Source of the DNA: an uncultured virus (IMG/VR IMGVR_UViG_3300043419_001095)
Lineage: Duplodnaviria > Heunggongvirae > Uroviricota > Caudoviricetes
Length of the DNA: 64,000 nucleotides
Reading direction: 5' to 3' (one strand)
IMG/VR virus record: IMGVR_UViG_3300043419_001095
Shown: positions 19,201 through 27,118 of the stretch, in pieces
Position numbering within the stretch: the stretch's first letter is position 1
Layout of the letters: the number at the start of each line of letters is the position of its first letter
Notes under the pieces: model-generated
Database searches by the model: none
What the model was told of the DNA's origin: nothing
The model's input: only the letters and a program-made list of their open reading frames with translations
Made by a program: the position numbers and the translations under genes

Positions 19201-20318
19201 GCTGCCCCGTCAGCTGGTCCAAAGACGATGTCTGCGCCAAGGCCAGGGAGAACATCTGCGCCGAGACCCGGCACAACACTGCCGCCGACCAGCGCGGCCA
19301 GATCACCCTGGGCAGTACCGCCGCCAAGAGCAGCTGCAGCGTCTGTCTGTGAGATGTCCCCCGCAGCGACGGCGTCCGCCAAGGCTTGTGCATTGCTTGC
19401 AGCGGCATTACCAGCAGCGTCTTGTAAGTCCAAGGCTGCGAAGTCTTCCCTGGCCGATGGAGCGGCTGGCGCAGAGGCCACACTGCTCGCCAATAGCCGG
19501 TCGAACATCGAAGGCATTGAGGCCGAAGAACGTGTCGAAACAGAGCCAGGGCGCACAGAGGTCGAAGGCGTTACCACGCGCGAAGGGGAAGCGTACAGGG
19601 GAGGGTTTGGCTTGAACGTGCTGCGGTTTGTCGCAGGGGTAAAGCTCGACCGGGAACTGGTTGTTGTCCCGCGCATCACAGGAGCAGCGGCCTTCGGAGC
19701 ACTGAAAGGCGAAGAGGCCGCCGTTGTTCCACGCATCACAGGAGCTGCCGCCTTCGGAGCACTAGACGAAGAGACCGCTGGTGGGCGGCTTGTCAAAGCT
19801 GCGCGGCGCGCAGCTTCTTCTCTTTGAGCAGCGGCACGACGGTCAGCTTCCTCTTTCTGCATAGCCGCACGACGGTCAGCTTCCTCTTTCTGCATAGCCG
19901 CACGACGGTCAGCTTCCGTTTGCTGGGGAGTCTCGGGCGGGCGGACCGCCACTGGAGTGGCCGCTGGTGGGGTCACCGCCGCTGGGGCAGTAAGGGCATT
20001 TAAATCGGCTCTGGCTGTTCCAGCGGCCGGGGCTACTGCCGTTGGGGCAGGGGGAGTAAACCCCTGAGAGATCAATGCTTCGCGAACCTGCGCTTCGGAA
20101 AAACCTGGATTAGCGCTTACCCGTGCGCGGAACTCTTCCTCCGACAGAGGCATGGGGGAGGCTACGGGCGGAGGCGGCGCTGCAGAGAAAGTGCGCCCCT
20201 GAGAAATCAATGCCTGGCGAATCTGCGCTTCGGAAAAACCAGGATTAGCTCTTACAAGCGCGCGGAACTCTTCCTCCGATATAGGGGTATTGGCCGCTTG
20301 GTTTGTTGCATTACTCAT
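16230..20318 (-). CDS. large low-complexity polyvalent-type protein with C-terminal ADP-ribosyltransferase-like domain
   Basis: Pro/Ala-rich with internal repeats; C-terminal TKAVDKEGRPVTAYRG...VFPAQLSIRKP...LQRRGYDGAIY...EYRIFSPSQ resembles ART-PolyVal. Confidence 0.7.
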   Translation of the reverse strand: MSNATNQAANTPISEEEFRALVRANPGFSEAQIRQALISQGRTFSAAPPPPVASPMPLSEEEFRARVSANPGFSEAQVREALISQGFTPPAPTAVAPAAGTARADLNALTAPAAVTPPAATPVAVRPPETPQQTEADRRAAMQKEEADRRAAMQKEEADRRAAAQREEAARRAALTSRPPAVSSSSAPKAAAPVMRGTTAASSPFSAPKAAAPVMRGTTTSSRSSFTPATNRSTFKPNPPLYASPSRVVTPSTSVRPGSVSTRSSASMPSMFDRLLASSVASAPAAPSAREDFAALDLQDAAGNAAASNAQALADAVAAGDISQTDAAAALGGGTAQGDLAALVGGSVVPGLGADVLPGLGADIVFGPADGAAREALNAFDGRAPSTVAGDGVIASGGSPSLGGASAAEDFAELDRQDAAENARADAEAGFSGDSSFPAIGSGDGFPALAGSAASDLAALTTGATLPGQVNAVTPGATLPGQVNANIAPPAVTPPPVVPPVVTPPPVVPEVVAAPPVAPTVAPPVVAATPAAPAAVTPPPVVPPTTPAPTTSAPAVSNEEMRGLLNANPGFTEQQIRDALTPPAAAPVAPAAPTPASATAAPPVSEINIPIRLPVTPTPFTPTVMQPRQAAPAMPAPLPPGSVAPAPFTLRSGPNAFEDEVLRREMSGINPPDMRGTSGIIQPAPQGSMRRSGGLDPHTLGSYKKLSNVFGTTTDRMGNVVAGATLPTEDEIRRGQLTARIAGQNAQLSDVLGTRTDRLGNVVAAPAMPAFFKDGGEVTGSASLDEYLQQQMGGGQDSGAALFDNAQKLLADVTEASPVEPMRRSVKRTSRGSGGEPKADKNMSLKMPSLSASKSMAFAPPSAQEAAETKNMGTAREQMEELARVYQLKINAARNKARGLGADTFGAPTLEGQTLAKKSLSKRSFAKGGFVSVLEKGDMSSPAYRAQLEREQGLEGSYPEMIAAPLVKGAVGAARAGLDRLLASRAPGRFTDLDNARRNEAFKTLTEKERAKYFGSGQLPDDFAERMKNASAIGANVGKAPFPTTVPSAEKKRANLKEHLGKTVRDPSARRLLVELEAQSRQEEPQEYNKGGMVNALKGTKAVDKEGRPVTAYRGEYGPSDRLSTESGSYSFGTRDAANLYATEPNNLNAVTEAMKVFPAQLSIRKPLINTPGDPFIDLPVLRKALGKKEFDRVVRENADRIEGTGAFDELADAKGYTSVLDLMKKNPKDLDSLYTEIFPILDDPKTVKTLQRRGYDGAIYGGSGATALEPEYRIFSPSQAISPYGNKPMAPRSARQQVSDFVRSMDMSPTDALGLFGKAASTAGTALTPSTLNEGEEAELTRRRAMPPTISRPEIKNKSRR
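19670..19920. repeat. tandem coding repeats (33-bp x3 and 60-bp-period x2)
   Basis: GCACGACGGTCAGCTTCC three times at 33-bp period (EADRRAA); GCATCACAGGAGC...CCTTCGGAGCACT twice (APKAAAPVMRGTT). Confidence 0.8.
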
Positions 20319-20358
20319 GCTGGTTCCCTAATCCGGTGTGTTGCCGACATTTTACGGC

Positions 20359-21816
20359 TCAATAGTACTCCGGCACAAGCTCCCGCTTTTCGCTTTCCTC
20401 GTTGTCGTCGGTGGCCAGGCTGATGAAGTTGCCGCGCCGGAATCGGTCCATGGCCATGGTCGTGCTGTCCACCATGTCGTCGTTGTCGCCGTTCGGGAAC
20501 GCCGCGCATTCTTCGACAAGAAGCTCAGCCCACTCCGTGTCCGGGGCCCAGACCATGCCGGCCTCGAACACAGGAGCCACGGCGTTGGCCCGCGCAATCT
20601 TGTCCGTGCCCGACCTGCGGCCACCGGGCGAGTACATCGTCACCGGAATGCTCATCCTGCGCAACTCCTGCTGCAGCGGCGTGCCCGTGGCCTTCGCCTC
20701 AATCAGCACGTTGTCCGGCTGCCAGTGGTCGTACTGCTCCTTCGCAATACGCTTGAGCTCTGGGAAGTCCCACCTACCGCGCTTGACATCAAGCAAGATG
20801 ATGGACGCCCCCGAGTCCTCGTTCAGGTAGAACACGCCCCAGGTCGTGATGACAGAAAAGTCAGCCGTCTCCTTCTTGGAGTAGGCCGTGTCCATGGACT
20901 GGATGATGTAGTTCACCACCGGCGGATCGTCGTGTGGCCACACGCGCCACCACTCCCGTTTCAGGATCGCGCCCTCGTCGTTCGTGGGCTGCTGCTGGTA
21001 CATCGCGTTCCACTTTTGCACCGACAAAGTGGCTTTGACGCCCTCGAGTTCCTCGATCTTCCAAAAGCCTGGCCACAGGGGCTTGCCACTGGGCATGATG
21101 GCCGGGAACTCGATCACCTCCCACTGATCCGCGTTCCGTGATTTTTGCGCCTTGAGTAAGCGCGCCGTCAGGTCCTTCGTCCCCCAGCGCGTCATCACGA
21201 TCACGATCGCGCCGCCTGGTTGCAAACGCGTGCGCGGGCCAGAGATGTACCACTCCCAGGCGTTGTCCAAAGCAAGCTCACTCATCGCGTCCTGCTCCGA
21301 GTGCGGATCGTCAATGATCAAGACGTTCGCCCCACGGCCGGTCATCGCACCGCCCACACCAACAGCAAAGTATTCCCCGCCCTTGTTCGTGTCCCACCGG
21401 CCAGCCGCCTTCGAGTCCTGCTTCAAGGTCACATCAGGAAACACCTCCTTGTAGGTGTCCATGTCCATCAGGTCACGCACCTTTCGGCCAAAGCGCACGG
21501 CGAGCTCGCTGTTGTGTGTCGCTTCAATGGCCTTGGTGCTCGGATCACGGCCCATGAGGTACGCAGGCAGGAGGTAGGACGCGAATTCAGACTTCGTGTG
21601 CCGAGGCGGCATGTTGATGATCAAACGCTTCAAGGACCCAGCGGCAATGCGGTCGAAGGCCTTGGCCATGATCGCGTGGTGCTCACCAAGGATCGCGTTT
21701 GGCCAAACATAGCGCACGAAGTCCAGGAAGCTGCTCCTGGCCTTCTCTTGCGAGTTAAGTTGTGCGAGTCGGTACTCAAGGCGCAGGCGGTCCGCTTCAA
21801 TGTCGTCAGGGATCAT
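20359..21816 (-). CDS. terL: terminase large subunit
   Basis: Walker A-like MPPRHTKSE, Walker B LIIDDP, VMTRW, nuclease SMDTA...DDMVDS; start placed at MIPDDIE. Confidence 0.93.
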   Translation of the reverse strand: MIPDDIEADRLRLEYRLAQLNSQEKARSSFLDFVRYVWPNAILGEHHAIMAKAFDRIAAGSLKRLIINMPPRHTKSEFASYLLPAYLMGRDPSTKAIEATHNSELAVRFGRKVRDLMDMDTYKEVFPDVTLKQDSKAAGRWDTNKGGEYFAVGVGGAMTGRGANVLIIDDPHSEQDAMSELALDNAWEWYISGPRTRLQPGGAIVIVMTRWGTKDLTARLLKAQKSRNADQWEVIEFPAIMPSGKPLWPGFWKIEELEGVKATLSVQKWNAMYQQQPTNDEGAILKREWWRVWPHDDPPVVNYIIQSMDTAYSKKETADFSVITTWGVFYLNEDSGASIILLDVKRGRWDFPELKRIAKEQYDHWQPDNVLIEAKATGTPLQQELRRMSIPVTMYSPGGRRSGTDKIARANAVAPVFEAGMVWAPDTEWAELLVEECAAFPNGDNDDMVDSTTMAMDRFRRGNFISLATDDNEESEKRELVPEYY

Positions 21817-21949
21817 GGGGGTCCGTTTGGTTCTGGAATTGCAAAAATTTTGACACACTTTTCGTTATTTCACAAAGGGGGCCCTTTTTCCTTCCCCGGG
21901 GTCGAAAACGGTTTCACGTGAAACCTACCGTGTGAAACAGGGCTAAAGC

Positions 21950-22560
21950 CCGCGACGCCCGCGACCCGGCCCGTTTTTTGGGGCCCGGGGTGGGTGGGTA
22001 CTCACTTACGCGCCAGGGCGCGCGGACCCTGGACCACGGCCCACGGATCGCGGCCACCGGCCACCAGGTCCAGGGCGCGCGGATCGATGTCCCTGGATCG
22101 CGGACCATGCACCAGGTAACGGCCACCAGGCGGCCAGGCTCGCGGCCACCTGGTCGAGCGGATCGCGGCCACCTGGGCGCGCGTGCTGCAGCTGGTGCAG
22201 GGAAACATAATGCCCGCACCAGGTGGCGCGCCGGATTATCGATAATCGTTAAGTGTCATTCAGATAATCGGCGAATCATTATCAGATAATCTTTATTTGA
22301 TTATCTGATTATCTCTTAATCGATTAGCGGATTATCTCGCCAGGTGCACTAAGCGCGCGTTAGTAGGTCACCGGCCCGGCCAGTCCAGGGCCACCGGGTC
22401 CCGGATCGGGGACCCTGGACCAGGTCGGCCAGGGGTACGGTACGCGGGCCACGGTCCAGGCGTCGACCAGGCACGGACCCTGGGCAGGCTCGGCCACCAG
22501 GCAGGCGAGCGGGTTTCGACCAGGGAATTAAACGTTTACTTATGATCGGTACGGTACCGG
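21950..22560. repeat. non-coding segment of short GC-rich repeats (probable genome-end/packaging region)
   Basis: Mosaic of GGACC, GGCCACC, GGATCGCGG and CCAGG units with no credible ORF, directly upstream of terL. Confidence 0.5.
22234..22336. repeat. AT-rich cluster of GATAATC/GATTATC heptamers
   Basis: Six exact copies (22234, 22241, 22263, 22285, 22299, 22307) plus one at 22330 and a variant at 22277; includes a 14-bp palindrome and an 11-bp inverted repeat. Confidence 0.85.
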
Positions 22561-22564
22561 GCAC

Positions 22565-22590
22565 AAAAAAGCCCGCCACCTGGACGGGCT
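22565..22590 (-). terminator. intrinsic terminator closing the early region
   Basis: AGCCCGTC-CAGGT-GGCGGGCT-TTTTT. Confidence 0.8.
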
Positions 22591-22613
22591 CGGATCGGTG
22601 GAAATCGGCCAGG

Positions 22614-22838
22614 TCAGGCGGGTATACCGGCCAGCTCGGCCAGCTCGGTCAGGGCCTGGTCGGCCAGGTCCAGGGCGCGCGCGCGGTCGCGGACCTGGTG
22701 CTCGGCCACCATGCCACGGCCTGGGCGGGTAACGGTGACCAGGTAACAGCCCCAGGCCTGCGACCAGGTCACGCGGACCAGGCCAGCACCGGCCACGGCC
22801 ACCAGCTGCACCAGCTGCAGGCGAGCGCGCGCGCTCAT
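22614..22838 (-). CDS. hypothetical early protein
   Basis: 74 aa, ATGA overlap with the upstream gene, followed by a terminator. Confidence 0.6.
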   Translation of the reverse strand: MSARARLQLVQLVAVAGAGLVRVTWSQAWGCYLVTVTRPGRGMVAEHQVRDRARALDLADQALTELAELAGIPA

Positions 22839-23428
22839 ACTGCACCCCTAACGGCCATCGCGGACCGGATCGCCAGGTAATCGCTCTCGGACATGTTCGC
22901 CAGGGCGTCCACCAGGCGGGAATAGTGGCTCGGGTGTACGGCCATATCCTGCAGGGTGGCGACCACTGCGCGGGCTTCGGTCACCAGGTCGGCCACGGGC
23001 TCGGGCTCGGGCTCGGGCTCGTCCAGGCACCAGGGAGCCGCATCGTAACCGGCCAGGCCCCGGCCAATGGCCGACGGGTTACCGTCCGGATCGGCCAGGG
23101 CGACAGCTGCGCGACGGATCGCCACCAGGTAGCCAAAGGCGTCCGAATCATTCCATCGCGGCCAGTCACTGGCTTGATAGTCGAGACAATCGCAGGCCTT
23201 AACAATGGCCACCGGGTCCAGGGTGACACCGGCCGAACGGTCCAGGCCACCAAAGGGCACCAGCTCGTCATCGTAGCGGCCATCGTAACGGTCAGAAAAT
23301 GCCGCGCGGTTTGCACCGGCCAGCATGTGGGCGACAGCATCGGGCGACGTGTCCAGGTCAACACCGTGCGCGACGGCCCAGGCCACCAGGGCCGAAACGT
23401 GGTAATCGGATAAAACAATGCAGCTCAT
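22835..23428 (-). CDS. hypothetical early protein
   Basis: 197 aa; IVKACDCLDYQASD motif; EPEPEPEP linker from a 6-bp tandem repeat. Confidence 0.7.
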   Translation of the reverse strand: MSCIVLSDYHVSALVAWAVAHGVDLDTSPDAVAHMLAGANRAAFSDRYDGRYDDELVPFGGLDRSAGVTLDPVAIVKACDCLDYQASDWPRWNDSDAFGYLVAIRRAAVALADPDGNPSAIGRGLAGYDAAPWCLDEPEPEPEPVADLVTEARAVVATLQDMAVHPSHYSRLVDALANMSESDYLAIRSAMAVRGAV

Positions 23429-23430
23429 GA

Positions 23431-23802
23431 TTAAACCCCCACGCGAACATCAGCGAGCGCGGCCTGCAGGGCCAGCTCGGCCAGGTCGGCCAGCTCGGAA
23501 TAAGTAACGGCGACGGCCACCAGGTCGGCGAGCGGGCGCTGGGCGACGGCGACACCGGCCAGCAGCTGCTCGGCCATGCCAGGGCGCGGGCAGTCCAGGG
23601 CGAAGCGCTCCCAGGTCACGCCATCGGCCACGCGGTGGAACACGTCCGACGCACCGGCCACCATAACGGGCCAGGCTTCGCACATAACGGCCACGCCATC
23701 GGCCACCAGCATCAGGTCACCGTGCCGGATCGGCTCGGACTGTGACCAATCGTAGGCGCTCGCCATGTCCAGGTCGCGCAGGTCGAAAATTTTCGTTTCC
23801 AT
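23431..23802 (-). CDS. hypothetical acidic early protein
   Basis: Start METKIFDL behind the AGAAAGTGAGAAAGAC leader. Confidence 0.7.
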   Translation of the reverse strand: METKIFDLRDLDMASAYDWSQSEPIRHGDLMLVADGVAVMCEAWPVMVAGASDVFHRVADGVTWERFALDCPRPGMAEQLLAGVAVAQRPLADLVAVAVTYSELADLAELALQAALADVRVGV

Positions 23803-23850
23803 GTCTTTCTCACTTTCTTGGTTGATCCCGGCCACCCGGCCGGGGCTTTT

Positions 23851-23880
23851 ATTTTAGTCTAATAAATCAACTGAGCGCAA
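23851..23880 (-). promoter_or_regulatory. sigma70-type early promoter
   Basis: TTGCGC-18 bp-TAAAAT. Confidence 0.6.
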
Positions 23881-23881
23881 C

Positions 23882-23910
23882 AAATAAAAAAGCCCGCCAG
23901 GTGGCGGGCT
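23882..23910 (-). terminator. intrinsic terminator
   Basis: AGCCCGCC-ACCT-GGCGGGCT-TTTTTATTT. Confidence 0.85.
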
Positions 23911-23930
23911 CGGTGACCAGGTCGGCCAGG

Positions 23931-24140
23931 TCAGCGCATGCGGAATTCCCGGGCCAGGTCGTCGCCACCATGGCGACCAATCCACCCCCGGCCGGTCAGG
24001 CCCCAGGGCGTGCGCTCTATCGTTATTTGATTTTCCCCCCAGGTCAACTGAACCCAGGTCGCGCCATCGTTCAAGGCTTTATGCAGCGCAGCGCGCAGGG
24101 TCGGCCCGCTCGGTTTTTTGGTGTATTCAATCGAGCGCAT
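23931..24140 (-). CDS. hypothetical early protein
   Basis: 69 aa, WVQLTWGENQI...GRGWIGR; directly follows the DUF932 gene. Confidence 0.65.
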   Translation of the reverse strand: MRSIEYTKKPSGPTLRAALHKALNDGATWVQLTWGENQITIERTPWGLTGRGWIGRHGGDDLAREFRMR

Positions 24141-24142
24141 GA

Positions 24143-25156
24143 TTAAACCCCCACGGCCAGCAAATCGACGGCCCGAGCTTTGAGCGCTGCACCAGTGCCA
24201 AACCAGGCGGACTCGATCCGGGTGTTATTCGAGCGGCCACGCTCGTGGTCCACTAGCTCAGTCACCGCGTTAAGCATGGCCCAGCGAGTACCGGCCACGC
24301 CTGGAAGCTCAGACCCGATGGCCTGGCCGTTGAAGAGCTGCATTATGCGGACATAAGCCTTGGACTCAGCCACCGGGCGCGCGCTTGTGTGATAAGGGCG
24401 CAGCAGCTCGGCCACAAATTCGTCGGCCTGGTCCTGATCCATGCTGGCCCCGGCCAGCTGGCGAGACTGCACCAAAAACCCCTCCCAGGCATTGGCGACA
24501 ATCCCCAGCTGTAGGCGCACCGCTTCGGCGTCGAATCGCTCGGAGTGCAAAACCCGAACAGCGCTTTTCAAATAGCCGGTATTTTTCTCGGCTTCGCCCT
24601 GGATCACTCGCCCGCCACTGTACCCGCCGACGGCGGCAGTAATGGTGTTATTGCAAACCACGCGAATGGCCGTGAATTTAGCCACGGTCGCCATCGTGCC
24701 ATCGTATGACGTGCCCAGCAGTAAATAAGGCTTGACCAGGTCACGCGACACCACGGGCGCAGCATCGCCCACGCTCGCCAGGGCCCAAACCCGGCGGCCG
24801 TCGCTCAGCGCGCCAGCTGTTTCAAGCTCAAACCCGCCCAGCTCGACCAGCTCGCGGAAAAAATCCATTACCTGGCCAGGCTGCACCACGTTATAAGCGC
24901 TCGACACCACGGCCAGGGGCGCGCCAGTGTCCGAACGGTGCAGCACCTTACGAGCGGGCCAGGTTTGCAGCTCGGTCGCGGCCGGTGTCGAATACTTCAC
25001 GGGGCTTTCGAGCACGGTATACCCGAGCCCGGCCTGGCGGGTCCAGGTATCAATATCGGCCCCAGGGGTCAAAGCCTGGCCCAGGCCATGCCATGGGGTG
25101 CGGCCGGTGTATGCAATAGCCGCGCGGCCGGTGGTGGTGTCGATCATGTGAGCCAT
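24143..25156 (-). CDS. DUF932 family phage/plasmid protein
   Basis: MAH...PWHGLG...RSDTGAPLAVVS...ETAGAL.DGRRVWALA...TAIRVVCNNT...WAMLNAVTELVDH. Confidence 0.85.
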   Translation of the reverse strand: MAHMIDTTTGRAAIAYTGRTPWHGLGQALTPGADIDTWTRQAGLGYTVLESPVKYSTPAATELQTWPARKVLHRSDTGAPLAVVSSAYNVVQPGQVMDFFRELVELGGFELETAGALSDGRRVWALASVGDAAPVVSRDLVKPYLLLGTSYDGTMATVAKFTAIRVVCNNTITAAVGGYSGGRVIQGEAEKNTGYLKSAVRVLHSERFDAEAVRLQLGIVANAWEGFLVQSRQLAGASMDQDQADEFVAELLRPYHTSARPVAESKAYVRIMQLFNGQAIGSELPGVAGTRWAMLNAVTELVDHERGRSNNTRIESAWFGTGAALKARAVDLLAVGV

Positions 25157-25209
25157 GTCTTTCTCGCTTTCTTAAAAAGTGTCACCGGGCGAAAGTGCCC
25201 GGTGATTTA

Positions 25210-25239
25210 ATTTTAGTCTAATATTTTTCGGCTTGTCAA
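25210..25239 (-). promoter_or_regulatory. sigma70-type early promoter
   Basis: TTGACA-18 bp-TAAAAT, then hairpin TCACCGGGC...GCCCGGTGA and the AGAAAGCGAGAAAG leader. Confidence 0.8.
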
Positions 25240-25253
25240 CAAGTCAACAAAAA

Positions 25254-25943
25254 TTATTTCACCAGGCCCAGGTCTCCCACAACATGATGGCGCAGCAGCG
25301 AGCCAGGCGGCAACGAGCGGGCAAAGCGCTGCAGCTCGGCCGCATCATCCTGGTGGCCGTCGGTTTTCGTTTTCTCCCAGGCCAGGCGAACGGGCCCGCC
25401 ATTACCATAACACCCGCCAGGGGTATCGGAGCCGACCAGGGCCTGGCCGCTACCGTGCGCGACGAACACAATCACATAATCGCGGTCCCCACGTGCGCAC
25501 AATGGGCGGCCGCCACCACAATCGGCGCAGCTGAAATTATCGGCCAGCTCGGCCGGGCACTGAGCAAAGCGCACGCCCTCGACCGTATACGGCCAAACCG
25601 TACCGGCCGGGGCGGCCACCACGGCCGGGCGGCCGATGGCGACGGCGGCCAGGGCCTGGTCGATGGTGTCGCAGCTCGCATTAATCACGGTCTCGCCAGG
25701 TGCAGGCATGGGCAGCAGCTCGGCCGCAAAATGCGAGTAAGTCCAGGCCTGGCCGCTATGGGGCACGGCCTGGCGCACGGCCGCCAAATAATCCGCATCG
25801 ATCAGGTCGGCCGCGTGCTGGCCCTGGGGGTTGAGCGCGCAGGTTTTTGGGCAGGTTGAAAATACATTGTGGCCACCGGCGCGATAAGTTACCGCGATGG
25901 GGCCCGTTTTTTTGTTGCCAGAGTGTTTAACGGTCTTAAGCAT
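25254..25943 (-). CDS. Cys-rich early protein (DUF7227-like, possible Fe-S protein)
   Basis: SGNKKTGPI...TCPKTC...WTYSH...CPAE...SCADC...LC...FVAHG...GCY...RHHVVGD. Confidence 0.7.
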   Translation of the reverse strand: MLKTVKHSGNKKTGPIAVTYRAGGHNVFSTCPKTCALNPQGQHAADLIDADYLAAVRQAVPHSGQAWTYSHFAAELLPMPAPGETVINASCDTIDQALAAVAIGRPAVVAAPAGTVWPYTVEGVRFAQCPAELADNFSCADCGGGRPLCARGDRDYVIVFVAHGSGQALVGSDTPGGCYGNGGPVRLAWEKTKTDGHQDDAAELQRFARSLPPGSLLRHHVVGDLGLVK

Positions 25944-26085
25944 GATCGGGCACCTCTTGAATTTTCAGGAGGACGCCAATGTCGGCATTTTCCAGCTCGT
26001 TCAAGAGATAGCCCTGCAGGTCTTCCAGGGTCTGGATTTCGTCGTTTTCATTGTCCGGTAATAGGACGATGGTCAGTGCTCGCAT
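25936..26085 (-). CDS. small acidic protein (49 aa, not in ORF track)
   Basis: MRALTIVLLPDNENDEIQTLEDLQGYLLNELENADIGVLLKIQEVPDHA; has its own promoter and the conserved leader. Confidence 0.7.
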   Translation of the reverse strand: MRALTIVLLPDNENDEIQTLEDLQGYLLNELENADIGVLLKIQEVPDHA

Positions 26086-26140
26086 GATTTTCTCGCTTTC
26101 TGTCTTTCTGGTGGCCCTGCGACTGCCTGGCCTGGAAATA

Positions 26141-26168
26141 ATTTTAATCTAAAAAACCAACTTGTCAA
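26141..26168 (-). promoter_or_regulatory. sigma70-type early promoter
   Basis: TTGACA-16 bp-TAAAAT. Confidence 0.7.
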
Positions 26169-26176
26169 CTGGCTAC

Positions 26177-26205
26177 AAATAAAAAACCCGGCGCATGGCC
26201 GGGTT
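26177..26205 (-). terminator. intrinsic terminator
   Basis: AACCCGGC-CATGC-GCCGGGTT-TTTTATTT. Confidence 0.85.
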
Positions 26206-26228
26206 ATCAAGAAAGCGGGCGGACCGGG

Positions 26229-26450
26229 TCAGGGTCGCCGGTCGGCCAGGGCCTGGTCGGCTTCAGCTGCGCATGCATGCCAGGCGGTCCAGGTGATAAG
26301 ACCGGCGTCGGCATTGGCCGGGGTTTCGGTGGCCAGGACGTCAGCCGAATAACGGCGAACGGCTTCCAGGATAAAAGCCTGCATAAGCGGGCCCGTGCTG
26401 GCCTGGTCCATTAGGCGGGCAATGAATTTTGTATTGGTTTCGCGTGTCAT
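26229..26450 (-). CDS. hypothetical early protein
   Basis: Start MTRETNTKFI with GAGGTG RBS; GPLMQAFILEAVRRY. Confidence 0.7.
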   Translation of the reverse strand: MTRETNTKFIARLMDQASTGPLMQAFILEAVRRYSADVLATETPANADAGLITWTAWHACAAEADQALADRRP

Positions 26451-26460
26451 TATGGCCACC

Positions 26461-26814
26461 TCATGAGCGGATCGAAAAAGTATTGTTCTGGAAAAAGTCC
26501 CGGATCGCTTCATCGATGTCCAGGTTTTCGGTTAGCTTGTCGGGGTCGATCTCGCCGGCCAGGTCAGACAAATCGATGTCGCTCGCGATCTCGGACAGCT
26601 GGCCATCAGTCAATTCGAGCGCTAAGGCCGAAAGGTTGATCTGGTTTGCCAGCCCTTCCAGGTCGATGCGCTCGGCCACGTCGGCCAGCTGGGAGCTGGT
26701 CACGGCCAACAGTTTGGACTCCACTTCGGCCATTTCCTGGCGCACCATCTCGGTCACCATAGGGCGCAGCTGCTCGGCCAGGTCTTTTACAAGGGCTTCA
26801 AAAATGTGTTGCAT
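26461..26814 (-). CDS. highly acidic early protein
   Basis: 117 aa, 25 D/E versus 8 K/R; repeated IDLxxLAxE units; conserved leader. Confidence 0.8.
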   Translation of the reverse strand: MQHIFEALVKDLAEQLRPMVTEMVRQEMAEVESKLLAVTSSQLADVAERIDLEGLANQINLSALALELTDGQLSEIASDIDLSDLAGEIDPDKLTENLDIDEAIRDFFQNNTFSIRS

Positions 26815-26865
26815 GTCTTTCTCTCTTTCTGGGTTACGGCCTTGCGAAGCGCTCGGCCTGGGTGC

Positions 26866-26895
26866 ATTGTAAATCTACTTTTATCAACTTGTCAA
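26866..26895 (-). promoter_or_regulatory. sigma70-type early promoter
   Basis: TTGACA-18 bp-TACAAT. Confidence 0.8.
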
Positions 26896-27035
26896 CTATC
26901 CCCGCCAAATAATTTGTGGAAAAGCCAAAAGCCCAAAAGCCTGGCAATCAAGCCCCTGCTTGTCGTCTGGTCGGGAGGTTTTGGCAGGGGTCGTCTCAGC
27001 GCGCGATAGAGCGCGCGGCGTTCTGAACGTCGCAT
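26892..27035 (-). CDS. small basic/hydrophobic protein (frame ambiguous)
   Basis: MRRSERRALYRALRRPLPKPPDQTTSRGLIARLLGFWLFHKLFGGDS; an alternative 48-aa frame starts at 27042. Confidence 0.45.
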   Translation of the reverse strand: MRRSERRALYRALRRPLPKPPDQTTSRGLIARLLGFWLFHKLFGGDS

Positions 27036-27088
27036 AAGGCATGTCTTTCTCTCTTTCTGTGGTTAGGGCAAACCATTCGCCCAGGGCC

Positions 27089-27118
27089 ACCATAGCACAA
27101 CTGTCGCATACAAGTCAA
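27089..27118 (-). promoter_or_regulatory. sigma70-type early promoter
   Basis: TTGACT-18 bp-TATGGT with extended TG. Confidence 0.6.

Noticed and set aside
21914..22579. Arg/Pro/Gly-rich ORFs in the repeat segment
   Set aside because: Low-complexity translations of short GC-rich repeats; no RBS, and mostly beyond the early-region terminator.
23800..27060. Recurring leader motif as a CRISPR-like array
   Set aside because: Copies are ~14 nt and separated by whole genes at irregular distances; no cas genes.
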